Shown here: piece by piece, positions 33,804 through 48,700 of the stretch
Layout of the letters: each line of letters starts with the position of its first letter
Position numbering within the stretch: the first letter of the stretch is position 1
NCBI RefSeq assembly: GCF_964355755.1
Contig: NC_092671.1
Location: 13,516,001-13,580,000, forward strand
Direction of reading: 5' to 3'
DNA from: Antedon mediterranea
Taxonomy: Eukaryota > Animalia > Echinodermata
DNA: 64,000 bases
Program-made: the position numbers and the translations under genes
The notes under the pieces: model-generated
Told to the model about the DNA's origin: nothing
What the model saw: only the letters and a program-made list of their open reading frames with translations
The model's database searches: none

Positions 33804-36398
33804 TAATATATGTGGAATCACTCTCTGAGAATCAAATACCTAATATCCAAACATTGTTCAACCTAATGAGAAGCACTATGTAAAGAAAAAAAGTCCATAA
33901 CATATAATTAATATTCCGTGTATTAAATTACAAATTTTCAAAAATGATCATCAAACATAACTAAAAATATACCTAAACTATCCTCTGAAAATAAACAAAT
34001 CTATATTTAGCCATTCACTGCGTATAGACTGATCAGAGTCAGCATATTTGATTTAATACAAATAATATTCATGGCTTATTACACGTTGAATGACCTTAAC
34101 ATATTCATTTGATTTTAAACGTCGTCTAGAGACATAGGCAGCAGTAAAATAGAACATATTATGTAAGGCGTCAAGCAATGCTTTTTCATATGAAGAATAC
34201 GAAGAACAGTACTGTGACAAACAAAGTGTTGCCTAGTCTTAAATTATACTTTCTGTATCATAGTCCTTTTATATATTAAAATCTTATTTTGCTTTGAACT
34301 TTAAACTTAGGTTGAAGCGTACAGTAGGCCTAGTATGATGGTCCTAGCTCTTGTTAATGTGTACAAATAACAGAGATACTAAGAAAATATATATATATTT
34401 TTCTAGAATAGCCAACAGTTCACTGTGAAACCTTTTTATGTTCGCCTCTAAGTATTATAACTTTTGTTATGTTAGGAATTTTAATATTTAATAGAAAAAC
34501 TAACTATATATAATTAAATCATGTAATCCTTCCCAATCTCCACCAGCCAGGGAAATAATTCATTTTACAGTTTTCAAATCTTTTAAGCTATGTATATATT
34601 TTATTATTGATAATTTTTCGCCAGACAGACAATTGCATTATCCTTTATGTCTCCTAGGAGATGCATCTGTCAATAAAACATGTACAAGTTCTGTTATAAG
34701 AACGTAATGATTTGTAGAGCTTGATTGAAAACACTACATGTCTACTCTTTGAATCTTATTCTTCAAAGATCTTACAATTAATGGCTCTCCGGGCTTCACA
34801 ATTTATATAGCACTAAGCATTCTCCCAGCCACTAAAATACCTTTCAAGCAAACAATTCGAGCAAGGAAACCAGTAGTAAATGTTGGTCCTTTACTTTAAG
34901 AATACCATACCTCACGCTTTCTCTAATATAGTGTTCAAAACAATGATATAGTATTGGTATATTGCAATATAAAGTATGAGATGTTCTTCCTATTTATCAC
35001 TACTATAACAATCCTTTTTGATAAATTGTAACCATAGGCTCATTGATATAGCGTTGTAAAACTCAACATTATGATTTATCACCAAAATTATATTTGTAAT
35101 CGCACACTCATTACATTGAGTCGAACATATTATATATGAACACTCAAATATATCACTTTAAAAAAAGTCGGTGATATGCATTAAAATTATACAAATACAA
35201 TCTTTACTATTTAAAAAAATATAGGATGGTGAGTGGTACAGTATGTGGATAATCTATAGTCTATCTTGCAACTATACAAATAATGAATGTTTGCAAGTTG
35301 AATGGAAGGAATATTTTCACAAGTTGAACTGTTTTTCACTGTTCTACTTGCAATCTAATTTATTAAAAAATGGCCAGTTTAAAAAAAAAGTCGGTTTAAA
35401 AAAAAACTTCCAGTTATTAAAAAGTCCAGTTGTGGGAAAGTGCACAAGATTACAGTATTCCACTAATGTAATCACAATATTATATCAAATATTTAAAAAA
35501 AAGTCTAGACCTGTTAACAAGTACTTCAATTACATTTTCTTGGAACTGATATGCCAGTCCGTTTCCCGTGTGTGACGCTAGATCCTATAGTTTGGAAACC
35601 ATAAACTTAACTATTAGATTTGCCTGAATATCAAGTTAAGTGTTATTTTAGATAAAAGCTTTCTTTAATGTTGTCGCATGCTTTTAATCTTAGTAAAAGC
35701 ATGCTATAGTTTGCCTTCTTATCCGATTATCTTGCCTAGAGAAATTCAAATGTAAAGTGTGTGTGATCAAAGGCATTTTGAAATAGAAAAATCATACTAT
35801 AGTCAACTATATGGAATATCAAAACATATTTTTATTTGTGGATTCTCCTGATAATTTGAAATAATGTGTGTACCTAGATATTGCACAGTATTGAATCAAA
35901 TTACTGAATATGATTGAACATAGTCCCAGGGGACATTGGTACGACAAGTGGGATTGTATAAAACAATGGGTAATACCAAAGTCTCTGAATTTAGCTTAAA
36001 TTAAGGGGTGGAATTATACTTAAACAATAGATTACCATATACTTTGTCATTTACTGTTATCTAAGGAAATTTATAGTAAAACATATGAGTGGTTTTTTCT
36101 TTTATTTCAGATTAAATCTATAAATCAATCTATGTACATATAAGGAACATGTTATATCCATGTCAATATCCGAGTTTAATGGACATTTTTTTTTGCAAGC
36201 ATTATTATAATTAAAATGTAAGGTTTATAATGTGAGTTGACAAGGGAAGCAATTATTCTTGACAATATCAGGATTTTCAACAACTGCGAAGATACATATT
36301 ATTATCTTTATACCGTATATATTTAAGTATAGTATATATAACAAACACCTTTTGTGACTGGCCAGTGTTGAGATGTGCTACTTCTAAGGATAGACTTA

Positions 36399-38648
36399 GG
36401 CCCTGTTCAGACCCATGGCGTTAGACCGTTTTAGCGTACAACGTTACTATCAAGGTCACGTTACAAACCGCAGAGAAAAAAACAAGGTGTTCAGACCTAT
36501 AGCGTACGATTATCGTTACAACGGAAGTACGTCATCCAGGTTGTTTCTAGTTGCATATTCATGTGCTCTTACCCACGTGTTTTCATCATTATTTCCACTG
36601 TATATAGGCCTAGATCTCAGCCCTACAATTATGACAAAATTTGCCGTAAATAAAACATACCTCAGCATTTATTTAAGAAAAATATAGTAAAGCCAAATTT
36701 CTGTTTCTATTGTTTTTATTTTGTTTGTAGTAAAAAACATTTTCCCCAGGCTCTTGTGTTACGAAAATAAAGCAGGCCTCGTAATAGGGTTACCGAGAGT
36801 TGACTCCATTGTTATTGCCACGATTCAACTCCGCGTACGTTACCATGCGCGCTATGTCATTGACGCGATTATTTGTCCATTGGTAAACACATTTTTATGT
36901 AGTATTATTCTGAAAATAATTGAACTGTAAACATAATTCTTTTGAGTATTTATTTATTTACATATCATTCAATAAGATCAACTATTTTTTATCTTCATTA
37001 CATTCAACCAAACATGTAAAAAATGTGGTTAAAATATCGTACTGTCTAGCGCGTACGACCATACGCGGTAGATTGTTTACTCAAAAACCTTCGAACGGTC
37101 CAGTGACCTAACCCTATTCAACCTTGTTTTTGTAGTTGAGCCTCTCATGACCTGGGATTTGTTTGTCTTCCTACGCCAAGATAATATAGTTCTACATGCC
37201 ATGTGCTTTTTTCTCTGAGAAATATTTATTATAAGTGCCAAAAAAACGGTTTTTTCTCGATATGAAGCCTTTATTATTCAAATCTTTTAGAGAAAAATCA
37301 GATATACCATAAAGAAGGTCTATTTATTTCATTTTTGAAATAAAATTGTGAAAATTACTTGAGGCTCAACTACAAAACCACCATTTTGTGATATGATGTC
37401 ATCGTAATCCAATCAAAGCTGAGATTTCCCGCGATCGGCAGAGCTCACGGTTGAATGATTTTGGATTCTGGCTATTTGATTGGTGGACGCGAATCACCCA
37501 CAGCGGAATGTTTTCTCTCGCGTGTACTGCGAAGTCACATGGTCTGTCTGTACTGATCGTTACTACACAAATTTAGAGCAATGAATTTGTACGAATTCCG
37601 TTAAATAAACAACTTTATATATTTTGTAAACATTTAATAATATATTTTATTGATATTTCCAATGTTGATATATAAAATAAATTACTATAAAACGTAATTA
37701 TATGTAATTATTCTAGCGAAAAACGGTGTGGTTCATACAATTGTCGACTGAGGGCGCAATTTGTTTACAACGTTCGTGGCCAAAAACGATCATTTTCGGC
37801 GATGTTTTAGACCCTATATTTCGAAAACTACAAGTCAGATTTTCGTAATTCTTTCTTTATTTGAATATTGAAACAAAATACTAACATATAATATTTAAAT
37901 TGGTTTAAAAATAACAACTTTTAATTTTGCATCGTTATCCCTACTCGTAATGATGAAGAAAAAAATGATTGTGATTAGTCTATCCAGTCCAGTCAAAGAT
38001 ATAATATATTCTTTGGTCCAGTCGGTTGAAAATAACCCTTAACTTGCTAATAAAAGGGACACAAAGCTCCCCTTGTTTGTTTACTGATTTTTTTAGGAGT
38101 TAGGGGGTTTTCAGCATTAAACTTGTCCAGTCTAGTCTTCCTTGTATGAATGAGTGACTTGATGTCCCACGCTAGTTTTTAGCTTGAATGAAATGCGTGA
38201 ATGGCTCTAGGCCTAGCTAGGCCTAAAAGCGGATGGGATCGTAGTCCCTATGTTTAAATACAAGGTGCATGTATTTATGTCATTTGTTAGAAAATATAAT
38301 GGTAATCAGTTGATAGTAGTTTGTAACCTTTGTAACAGTTGTATTTGTAGTGTAGTTAGGCCTTATTTATTCTAGCCTTTTTGTAATTGAAATCCATTTC
38401 ACACATTGACGATACAAGATGTCAGCCTAGGTCAAACCTTGTTTCGCGTCATAACAGGAAACGTTCTGATTGGATACAACGTTGACTTACAGTAGCGTCG
38501 TACGCTAAAACGGTACTATCAACCGTTTTCCACTACAACGCTACAACCGTTGTACGACGCGTTGTACGCTAATCCCCAACTGTTCAGACACACATTCTTT
38601 TAGCGTCGTACGCTAAAACGGTCTAACGCCATGGGTCTGAACAGGGCC
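36399..38648. mobile_element. Non-autonomous PIF/Harbinger transposon (2.25 kb)
   Basis: ~41-bp perfect TIR GGCCCTGTTCAGACCCATGGCGTTAGACCGTTTTAGCGTAC; TTA TSD at 36396-36398 and 38649-38651; subterminal repeats; no transposase ORF. Confidence 0.93.
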
Positions 38649-40366
38649 TTACTACATAAATAATTGCTAACAGTGATGTCTTGTAGTTGTATTCCAAATT
38701 AGTAACAATTAAACCTTTCATGAACTAATAGGGAACACCAGTGGCTGGCTCCCTTGAAAGTACACATTCTAAACAGAAAGTGACCCATCTGGAAAACAGA
38801 TGTTTTTCCAGTTTTACTCTTTCTCATTTCCTTTACAACAATTGCAGATCTTGTCCACTTATCATCATGGTTAAATTTTAACAATTACAAATAATACACA
38901 CACATAGCATAAATCACATGTTATGATTTAGAAATTTTAATTCCAACAAATAGTACTAAAACGATAGTAACTCCTATATAGGTATACTTTTAAGAATATT
39001 TATTATGCAATCTAGGCTTGTGAAAAGCTGTGCTCTGGTTGCATGGGGTCGTTGACTGTACGAAATAACTTGTATCAACATAGACCGCCAGTCCCCCGCT
39101 GTTGCCACATTACACCTATTAGCAAATCAGTTCATTCATAAAGGCAACCATTACAGCCATTAAGAAGTCAGTTTCATGGTTTCATTCATATAAAATCAAC
39201 CATTAACTATTTACAAATGATTTTGTTACTATCAAAATACATCTTACGGTTCAGCGAATTCTTCTTTTAACAAATAAAGCATCCATTCAAAAACATGGAA
39301 TAGATTTTTTTTACAAAGAGAACTTTGATTTGTTAATACAACATACTGGTATTGATATGATCACCATCTTCTGCAAACAAATAGATGAGTATTTCAGAAG
39401 CTGATTACCACAATATATTGGAAAGTTGCCAAAGACCATTTTAACCAATTCTTGAGAGCGTGACATCCAAAATTATCTAAGTCACTTCCAAAACCAAGTT
39501 CATAATGAAATATGTCATGGGTTAAATTGTATATGATACAATCTCTTGAGGTTGATTGGATGAGACAGGCTAATTTTAGGGTCAAAAATAATAATATGTA
39601 AGTGACTATCACCTTATTTAATTGTAATAAAGGCTAATGAATTGTTAGTAGATCTTTATGCCTTATTTGTCACCTATTTTTAGTCAAAATAATTTTAATC
39701 CAAAACATATATATTTTCATACATACATGCTTATAATTGCTAAATTTGAATGGTTTACATTTCACAATTTCTACTGGGGCTAACATATTGACTTATACAA
39801 CATTTATTACATGAGTGTGTAGGCCATAGGTGAATTCTTACACCTTAGTCTCCCTTGCTTGAGCACTTAAACACATGCTTGGTTTAACTCTTTTGTATGC
39901 ATGCAACGGACCGTTGTTTATCTGGTCCCGTAGGCGGTACGCTAGCAAACTTTCCGCAGCCTCTTGTATTTGATCTGATGTAATGTAAAGGTAGAGTGTG
40001 AAAAGGCCAGACATGACCTTGTTTTAAAAAGTATATATGTTTTAGATAGAACAAACTTAAACCAGACCAGTTGTGTTTGGGGGCATGTCTCCTGCACAAC
40101 AGACATGGATATATATAATATACAGTACATTCAATAGCATCAAATCCTACCAATCAACCCACTAGCATGCAATGTTACAAGATTAATTATTTTATATTGA
40201 AGAAGGCATAAACATTATTAATAATACTATGTAATAATAATAATGCGAGTAAAGTATTCATAATATACTGACATACTATATATTTTTATTCCTCTTTTTA
40301 AATTTACATATATATTATTTAATATTCATATTAATTAAGTCATTCTTCAGGCATTATTCGGTATAC

Positions 40367-40500
40367 ACAGTAACCCCTCTTTTGAGACACCCCTCATTAA
40401 GGAGACACTTTCCTGTGTTATAGGAACAATTTCCAATGACTATGATGACTAAGACCACGCTCTATTTAAGAGACACCCCCTTTAAGGTACACTTGGTTCC
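40367..40500. mobile_element. Decayed Tc1/pogo(Tigger)-type MITE fragment
   Basis: cagtaacccctcttttgagacacccctcattaaggagacac...ctctatttaagagacacc; related to 10925-11030. Confidence 0.45.
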
Positions 40501-42625
40501 TAAGCATACATATGCCATAGTAATACTAATTTAAAGTACATTTTATTTTAATCCTGAAAATAAAGGGTCAAAATATAATTCTTGCTTTGTCGATCCTACA
40601 CACTCGTCTAAATTCCTGTGGGACGTAAGCTAAACTCGTCACTCTAACTAGCAATTTAGCATGGGTTGAACAAGCCTGATATCTTACTCACCACATGCCC
40701 TCTAGATATAGCCATACCTTAGACCAACAACACTGCATATTTTTAAACTGCCAGATTCAAAACAATTCACGTTGTCAAGATTCTCTATATTTTGAAATAA
40801 TTTTTTTAATATTAAAATCGAAACATAGCACCATAAATGGGCATATTGTTTCAACAATGTTATCTTCTGATTAAAATTGAATATTATTTATGATTATTTA
40901 TGACCAAACATAATGTTTAGATTGTTTTTATAAAAAAAAATCCAATATGAATTGAAATGGACATGTATACAGCACAGTTATCAAGTAACAAAAATCAACT
41001 ATTATGAAAAATGACATTTTTAGGTTTATTGGTGAAATTATTCATGGATCTTCTGATAACTGAATCTCCAATAGTACATCTTTCTAATCTCTAGGGTTGA
41101 TGTAGAATTCCTGTGTAATATTTAATTCACAATAATTTGCTTTGTTGTTCCAGGGTAAGGCCAATTTTGATGGAGCAAAAATAAATACATTTTTTAACTA
41201 TATTATCTTTATATATATATCGAATCTATATCTCAAATATGGTTTTTAAAAACCAAATTGCTACAGGTCTTCAAAATCATCATAACCAAAAATGGTTAGT
41301 AACATTTCATTCTTTTTGTTGAAAAATTGTAAATGATTTTATATTGAACAAGCCTTCAAAAGAATATTGCAATATTAATATCAAGTTCATATAAATTGTT
41401 TCATCGTAATTGAACATAAAAATGTTGCCATTCACATGTAACAAGAAGAACTGAAGAACTCTTAAAGGTTCAAAATATATCCACTTTCAAATAATATCCA
41501 ACATACAATTTATTACAATTGTATATCAGAAATTAGATGGTAAAGCAGATCAAGGTTTTTAGCTCTCAATGTCTGCAACCATAATAACCAACTAACAAAT
41601 GGTCTTAATATCATTTGACAGTTTTTAATCAGGATTTAAGGGGAAAATTTGCAACAATTTTATTTAACAATGAGTGTGTTCAGTCCAAGTTGTACATATC
41701 TGAAATTGTTTTCACTGAACATTAAAAGTTCCACAGAGGAGGAGGAGGAGGACAAATCATAATTAATATGCTGTGACCTTTGGTATAAAATGTGATTTAT
41801 GTTGTGATGACAGAGCATATTATCTGGTTACTAAAATTAATATAAGGTATTCAGGTGATCACCATTTGTTTGTTTTAAAACTTGCTGCAAGGAATTTAAA
41901 CAATATGTTATTTTTAAGCAGGATTAGATATTGTATTATTCAAGCTGCTTATAAATAACCAACAAATCATTTTACAATTATTTTTTTTCTCTTATTCAGA
42001 CAGTTGATTTGACTTCCATGTAGTGTTTCAACTAAAAATTCTTATTTGCTGATTCAATTGAGAGAAAGGCTAATGCCTGTTTATCCGAGATAAGGTATTA
42101 TCATGAAAATATCTCAAGGATCAAGAATTTTTATTTTTAAATAAGATTACATCAAAATTGTGTTAAGTGAGCCTAAATAAAGATTAACAAGTGAATAAAA
42201 AAAAAGAATAAATAAAACAAATTTAGTTAAAATCAATTTTTTTAAATGATGCATATTTAGTTATCCACACCTTGGCAGATAACTCCTTGTGATTGTCTTC
42301 TTATTCGTGTAAAAAGGTAAAATTTCAACATTTTCCACAAAGACAAAATAATAATCCTCAGAGACCTGAAACAGTCATTGTAACGATGGTAATCATGAGC
42401 GAGGGTAAGTGGAATGTATATCTTGCATTGATCTAAATCCCTACAGATAAACCTCTTAATCTTTCTATCACCTTTGGATGATCCTCAAATCCACTGATGT
42501 CTATATCATTGTAATCACAAAGTCAAAGTTTAAATTGACTGTTCCAGTTTTAGATTTATTCATATGATCTTGTGCTTCCGTTGGATTATCCAAGATTCTA
42601 TGTTATAATGATTGGTCAGGATTAG

Positions 42626-42687
42626 TTTATCTACAAGATTATCTTTGTTTATCTACAAGATTATCTTTGTTTATCTATGAGATTATC
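42626..42687. repeat. 22-bp minisatellite (~3 copies)
   Basis: tttatctacaagattatctttg repeated. Confidence 0.85.
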
Positions 42688-43682
42688 TGAGGAAAACATT
42701 ATGCAGTCTAATGATTCCCTATGAGGTGTTCATCAATTTCTCAAACATTTTCTTTAAGTTCTAAATTGGAACTTAACACATTTAGCATGTTCGGCCATTT
42801 GGGTTTAGTAAAAACCTTTCGACATTAATATCAAATTCAGTACTAATCTAACCAATGTAAAGCATATTATAAACATTAATTGTCCCATAATAACAATACA
42901 GTTTTCATGTTTATACTTGCTAAATGTGTTTTGGCCAGAAAATATAACCTACATATAAACCAAAGCTATCACAGCATACTGTAAACAAAGTTCTGATGAT
43001 TACACAAAAAGACCAGAACATCAATAGTTTTAATGGGAAATATTCAGATATACAATTTAAGTGGACAAATCACAATAATCGCTCGTAATACCAAAATCTA
43101 TGGATTGTTTGGTCCAGACATTCTACTGTACTTAAGTTTAAGCTTGTATATTGTAGTATTCAGCCACATGGTTTTAATGACCCTCGTGGATATACCATGT
43201 ACAATATAAAGTTTTTAAGCAAAGCAAACCAAGTGTACTTAAGCCAAGGCAACAATGTTTGGTTATACATATGATGTCCTAGATTTTTCATGAAAAGTAT
43301 CACTAATTGGACACTTGAAAAATATTTACTATTGTACTGAAACTTTCCAAGTGTTTCTTTATATTTTCAGTCTCATGTAACTCCAATCCAAATATCACCA
43401 TGTCATTTTGGAAAACATAAGAATAGACCTACCTTATGGATATTTTGTTTTTGATAAATATACTATATTATACATTTATATAATAATAAATAAGACCAAA
43501 AGTATGTTGTATCCAGTAATTGGTAATTGATGTATGTTTATAATATAATGAATAGGTCTTATACCAGTATGCAACAACCTGTTACAAAACTACAACATGT
43601 TGACATTAATGATTGTATGAACAAGCCATCAACCATTTCCACTTATGTGCACATTCTGTCATTTGTACACAGGCACAATTAA

Positions 43683-44737
43683 CACTTTGACTGCCAGATG
43701 TTTTTCCAGTTAGAAACTGCCACCGCCAGCGTTTTTAGCCTAATTCGATGTTTTTATTAAAGCTGATTGAAACCATGTATGTGATCTGATTTATATATAA
43801 TTTAGACTAAAATAATCATAAAGATTTTAGCTTTACAATGGTACCAAGAACGATTTTTAAATCGCAATATGTAAATCGTAATAGTAAAATGAAAGTAACC
43901 CACTTTTTGAATTTTTCGTAGTTTCGCGCAAGAAAGTCGAGATATTCGCGATTTTGTGCAAGACATCACAATATGAAAATATCGCCCGGTGAGATCAACA
44001 AACAACGAAAAAGTTACTTACACGGCACCGAGAGGCCTATAAAAACAAGTTATCACTATCGAAAAATGTATTACATTTTATAAATCATAAATCTTACATC
44101 AATGTTTCGCCAAAATCCACATAGTAAAGACACCAGGCCTAGTTAACCAGGCCTAAAGTTGGTCCGGAACCGTTTTACGACTAGGGCTAGGCTAGCCTAG
44201 TACTACTAGCCTAGGCCTAGCTAGGAGATAGTAAACTGATGATAATAACCATACCATTTCAAAACAAGTTTGTTGCGTGAAACTCGGTCACTTTCAGTAA
44301 AAGACCAAAACAATTAGGGTATACATACAATAATAAAATTAAAGACTTCATATTGAAAATGACTCCATTATTTTTTATTCAGATTAACAAACAAACATGT
44401 CAATCCACAAAAACCTTTGTAATGCTTCGGCGGCATAGCTAGCGCGCGACCGATACACAATGCGCCAAGCCATCGCTCTACGCGCTACTGTGATGCGCGG
44501 TGTTTGTTATTTCGACAGGTACCATTTTGACAGTCGTTCATAACCAGATTAGTTACTTTCAAATTGTAAAATGTTGACGGTCCAGACCGAATATAGTGTT
44601 CATATTTATAGTATATACCAATAATTAACCTATCTACCGGATTTCGTAAAAAAACGCGAAAAACGAAGATCTTCGTTTTTGGCAGTCAAGCGTTGTGTTT
44701 CCAAAAACGAAGATCTTCGTGTTTGGCAGTCAAAGTG
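43683..44737. mobile_element. Non-autonomous piggyBac-like transposon (1.05 kb)
   Basis: TTAA TSD (43679-43682, 44738-44741); TIR CACTTTGACTGCCA; duplicated palindromic subterminal repeat aaaacgaagatcttcgt..ttggcagtcaa at ~44660 and ~44704. Confidence 0.9.
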
Positions 44738-45546
44738 TTAACAAGGCTTTACCTAAGCTTGACAGTGAATGTGTAAATACCAATACCAGTATTTATGTCG
44801 TCAAATCTAGTGCCTGAATAAATAAAATAAAAACTGTACTAAATTCACTCTGGTATTGTCTCCCTTGACATGAAGTTCATTTCTGGGGTAGGCTTATACC
44901 CGGAACAAAAAATATAGCCTGTCTGCATATGAAAAATATTGCATAAAAATTACTTTGGGAGGCTATTTGGTGTTCCATCACTATGAGTGAAAGATACAGT
45001 AATCATAATAACTTGATCTCAGCTAGATTTTCACACAGATCTTTGCTACACAAGCGCGAGGATGTGATTCAAACAGCTTGTGTTGAATTGCAAGCTCAAG
45101 TGGTAGAGATAAGTTGTTTTTGTAAGCATCAACCTTGGCCCAGGTGTGGTGTATTGCTGAAGGATTTTAAAGAAGGATGCTCTATTATAGCTAACAATCT
45201 GTACAAATCCTACGTTACAATACAGATAACTATTATAAACCACAATGATGTTGCAAGATTATAGGAACAATTCAAAACTACAGGAAAGTTACAAACCATA
45301 TTTGGTTTTATATAAGTATTTAAATCTTATAATCAGCATCAACAAAGAAGAAATATAGATTATAGATATTAATATTGTTTAAATTTCTTTCACTGAAAGT
45401 GGCAGGGGCTTGTGATGTTTTTAATGCTTCCTATTTTTTATTTTATTCTTAATTATATATCATACCAAACTTGCTTTAAGATTGATAAAATCACTTGTGG
45501 GGAAAATGACCTAATCTAAGCTAAAGTTACACGAATAATAAATCCT

Positions 45547-45720
45547 TACAGGGCCATGAGGCAGGAGCCACATTAATCCCAACTTCCTTTGTAGGCTAAT
45601 ATAGCATATGCCAGTACCCATTTATACACCTACGTGAACAGGACAAATCACACACAAGGATAAAGCCGCTGAAGATGATGGGATTTGACATCAATCTCAC
45701 AATCAACAGACCAGTTATAC
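45547..45720. mobile_element. Decayed SINE fragment
   Basis: gtacccatttatacacct core resembling widespread invertebrate tRNA-SINE central domains (recognised from memory). Confidence 0.35.
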
Positions 45721-48700
45721 CATGCCACTAAATGATGCATTAATTACTACTTAGCACTTAATCAGCTGAGGATTATATTATCGGTTTAGATATTCATTAA
45801 TTTCTAATTTTAATTATCCTTAGTGTTCTTGATATTAATGTTCTTGATTATCTAAATGCTAATATGACACACACAACACAAAATGAACACAAACAAAAAC
45901 TAATCAGTGGAAAATAAGTAGATTTTTAAATTAAAATATTACAGAAATAGTCGCGATAATCCCACTTCAAGGCGTGGTTTGCAAAAGGTACATTGAAAAT
46001 TGTCTTGTCTTGATTGTCTATAATGATTTTACCATTATGTCTGTATATTTGTTTTTAAATATTTGACATTCAATCCATAAATTTTATTTTAAAATGTGCC
46101 CAATATAAGCTTAAACTATTTTTACTAGAATGTGAAAACCAACCATTATTAGAACATATAGTATACAAATACAAACAAATAAATAAACGTCTTTTAAGAG
46201 GAAAAACAAAAAACTGACATGTGATTCATCTTCTGTAAATCTAAATATGAAACAGGTAAAATGAAGGATTGAACATTCTACTAGAAGTAACACTGAATTC
46301 AGGATAGCTAAAGAAGGAACAGAAAGGTGATAACATTCAATGTTAATAAATCCTTGAAATGGGCATGTTGACACACTGTTACCATCATTTAGTTTAATAT
46401 AATTGGATTTCTTGGTCATATAAGAAAAGAAAAGAACTACACAAAACATTGATGAACGTCTGAAAGGAAAAATTTTAATTTACTGCGACATCATAAGATT
46501 AAATAATTACATAACGAAGACATCAAACACCAAATTAGTCTACATCAAAATCAAAATATTTACGACAGCCATGAAAATATAAAGGTACAATTGCTAAACA
46601 CTGTAGTCCCAGGATAGAGTGTCTAAAGCGATATTACTCAATAAATTACAATAATTTGACAGACTATATATTCCAAGCACACATCTACGTTATTTTGCCA
46701 TTTACATTTATATTCAAAACAACATTTATTTGTGTTATCGTATTTATTATTGATGACTGGGTATCTTGGTATAATAATGACAGGAATGATTAATAACAAC
46801 TTTAGATTTTATCAGATATGATTCATAGTATTATTGATGGTGGCAACATACAAGTACATATAAGTCCAAGGAAAGGTTGTACACCATCTTAAATATATTT
46901 ATCATTGTAATAATATCTTTCTGTCTGTATTTTTTAATTTTAGGGCAAAGAATATTTATGAGCAAAATATTATATTTCTATAATCTTGTATTGCCTGGAT
47001 GAAAAGCATTATTGGGTTAAGTTGATATGAAAAATACAACAAAATATTTATTCAACATCATCCTCGCTTAGAGTTTTTAATATTGTTTTTCAGGCATTTC
47101 TTAATTTAAGATCATGTTGCTCAATCAAATATTATTTCAGAAAAGTATAATTTACTATTAGTTATTACAGATATTCATTATCATTCATTTTGTGAATAAA
47201 ATAATGTTGTATTTAGAAATAAACTGATTATAGTGTATTGTGTTATAGTGTTACAGTTGAGTGCTATACATACACATTGTTTATATCATTATTACAGTAC
47301 ACTAGTGCTACTGTAACAAAAAAATACAGTACAAATATTATAATTACTGTATAATATATATCAATATATAAATTATGTACCTATTAATTTTTAAGCTTTA
47401 ATAAATACTCGGTTTATAAAATTCAAAAAACCATTTGTATGGAAAATATATATAATTTGTATTATTAAAGAGCAAATAAAAAGAACTCGATATTTTATGA
47501 CCATGACCATATAAAATTACTAATTATAGATATGATCATAATCTACAGTTACAATAATGTTATTGAATCAATTATTTCCTACCACCTCTTGAACTACAAC
47601 TTTCCCTCAAGCTATAATACACTATTGACTGAATTTATCAAAAAGAAATACTCAATACATTGTATTTTCCAAAGACTCATAAATATTGTAAGCCTACTGT
47701 CAAAAATATAGGCCCATGGGCATTCATTTTGTGTCCTCCCTACCCATTCGTCGCCAGGGACATCAAGCAATATAAGACTGATCAATTTTAAACTGAATAA
47801 CCTCTCACCAATGTTCTTTAATATGGGTATTTTGTGGAAGAGAAATGTTTTCGTTTACTTTCTCAATAACTAAAAAATACATTGATTTCAGATAAAATGA
47901 ATTAAATACAAGAATGTCAATCAAAGTCAATCTACTGTGAATATATAAATAATATTAATAGATAGTTTATAAATGTCACACTTGAATGAATACACTTATA
48001 AATGACATTTGGTAACATTTTGTTTTAAATTCAAGTTCTAATCAAAAGATAAATTTTACAGAATGAGATTGTGCTATATTGTTGAATTATATAATAATAT
48101 CATTACAAGCTAAAAACTGACAGGACTGACAGATCTCATAAGTATTACTATTGGTACATTATTCAAAAGTCTAAAATGCACTATCATCAGAGGATTATTC
48201 AATATTGAGCACACTTGAAGGATACGTTATCAATAGTGTATTGCACAAGATTACAATGGCATCTTAAATTCTACTGTACACTCTGTGGGCCTGGTAACAT
48301 ATGCAGATCTTGCACAATATAGACTATTTAACTTTGCTTTAATAATTGATATGATGAAGATGATAAAATAAACAACAGTGTCGCTACTACATTAAACAGT
48401 GCCACTACTACTACTACTGTAATTGCAAAGGAAAGTAGGCATCAGTTAGTCCCTACTGATGGTGCTGATACAAACTAAACAAATTACTGTATATAGTATT
48501 GCTCATCTATACATTATAAGACATAGGTGGAACATTGCAAACAACCAATGTATGACACATTTTTTGTACTGTCATAGCATTTTAATTTCAACATTTAACA
48601 AGCACATGATGCAGGAAAACAGAATAATTAACTGAAATACATCGACTAGTACTACACTGTCTATTAACGACTTGTCAAAATATACATCAGTTGCAATTAT

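Noticed and set aside
36415-37111. ORFs at the left end of the Harbinger element
   Set aside because: No DDE or Myb/SANT similarity visible; the element appears non-autonomous.
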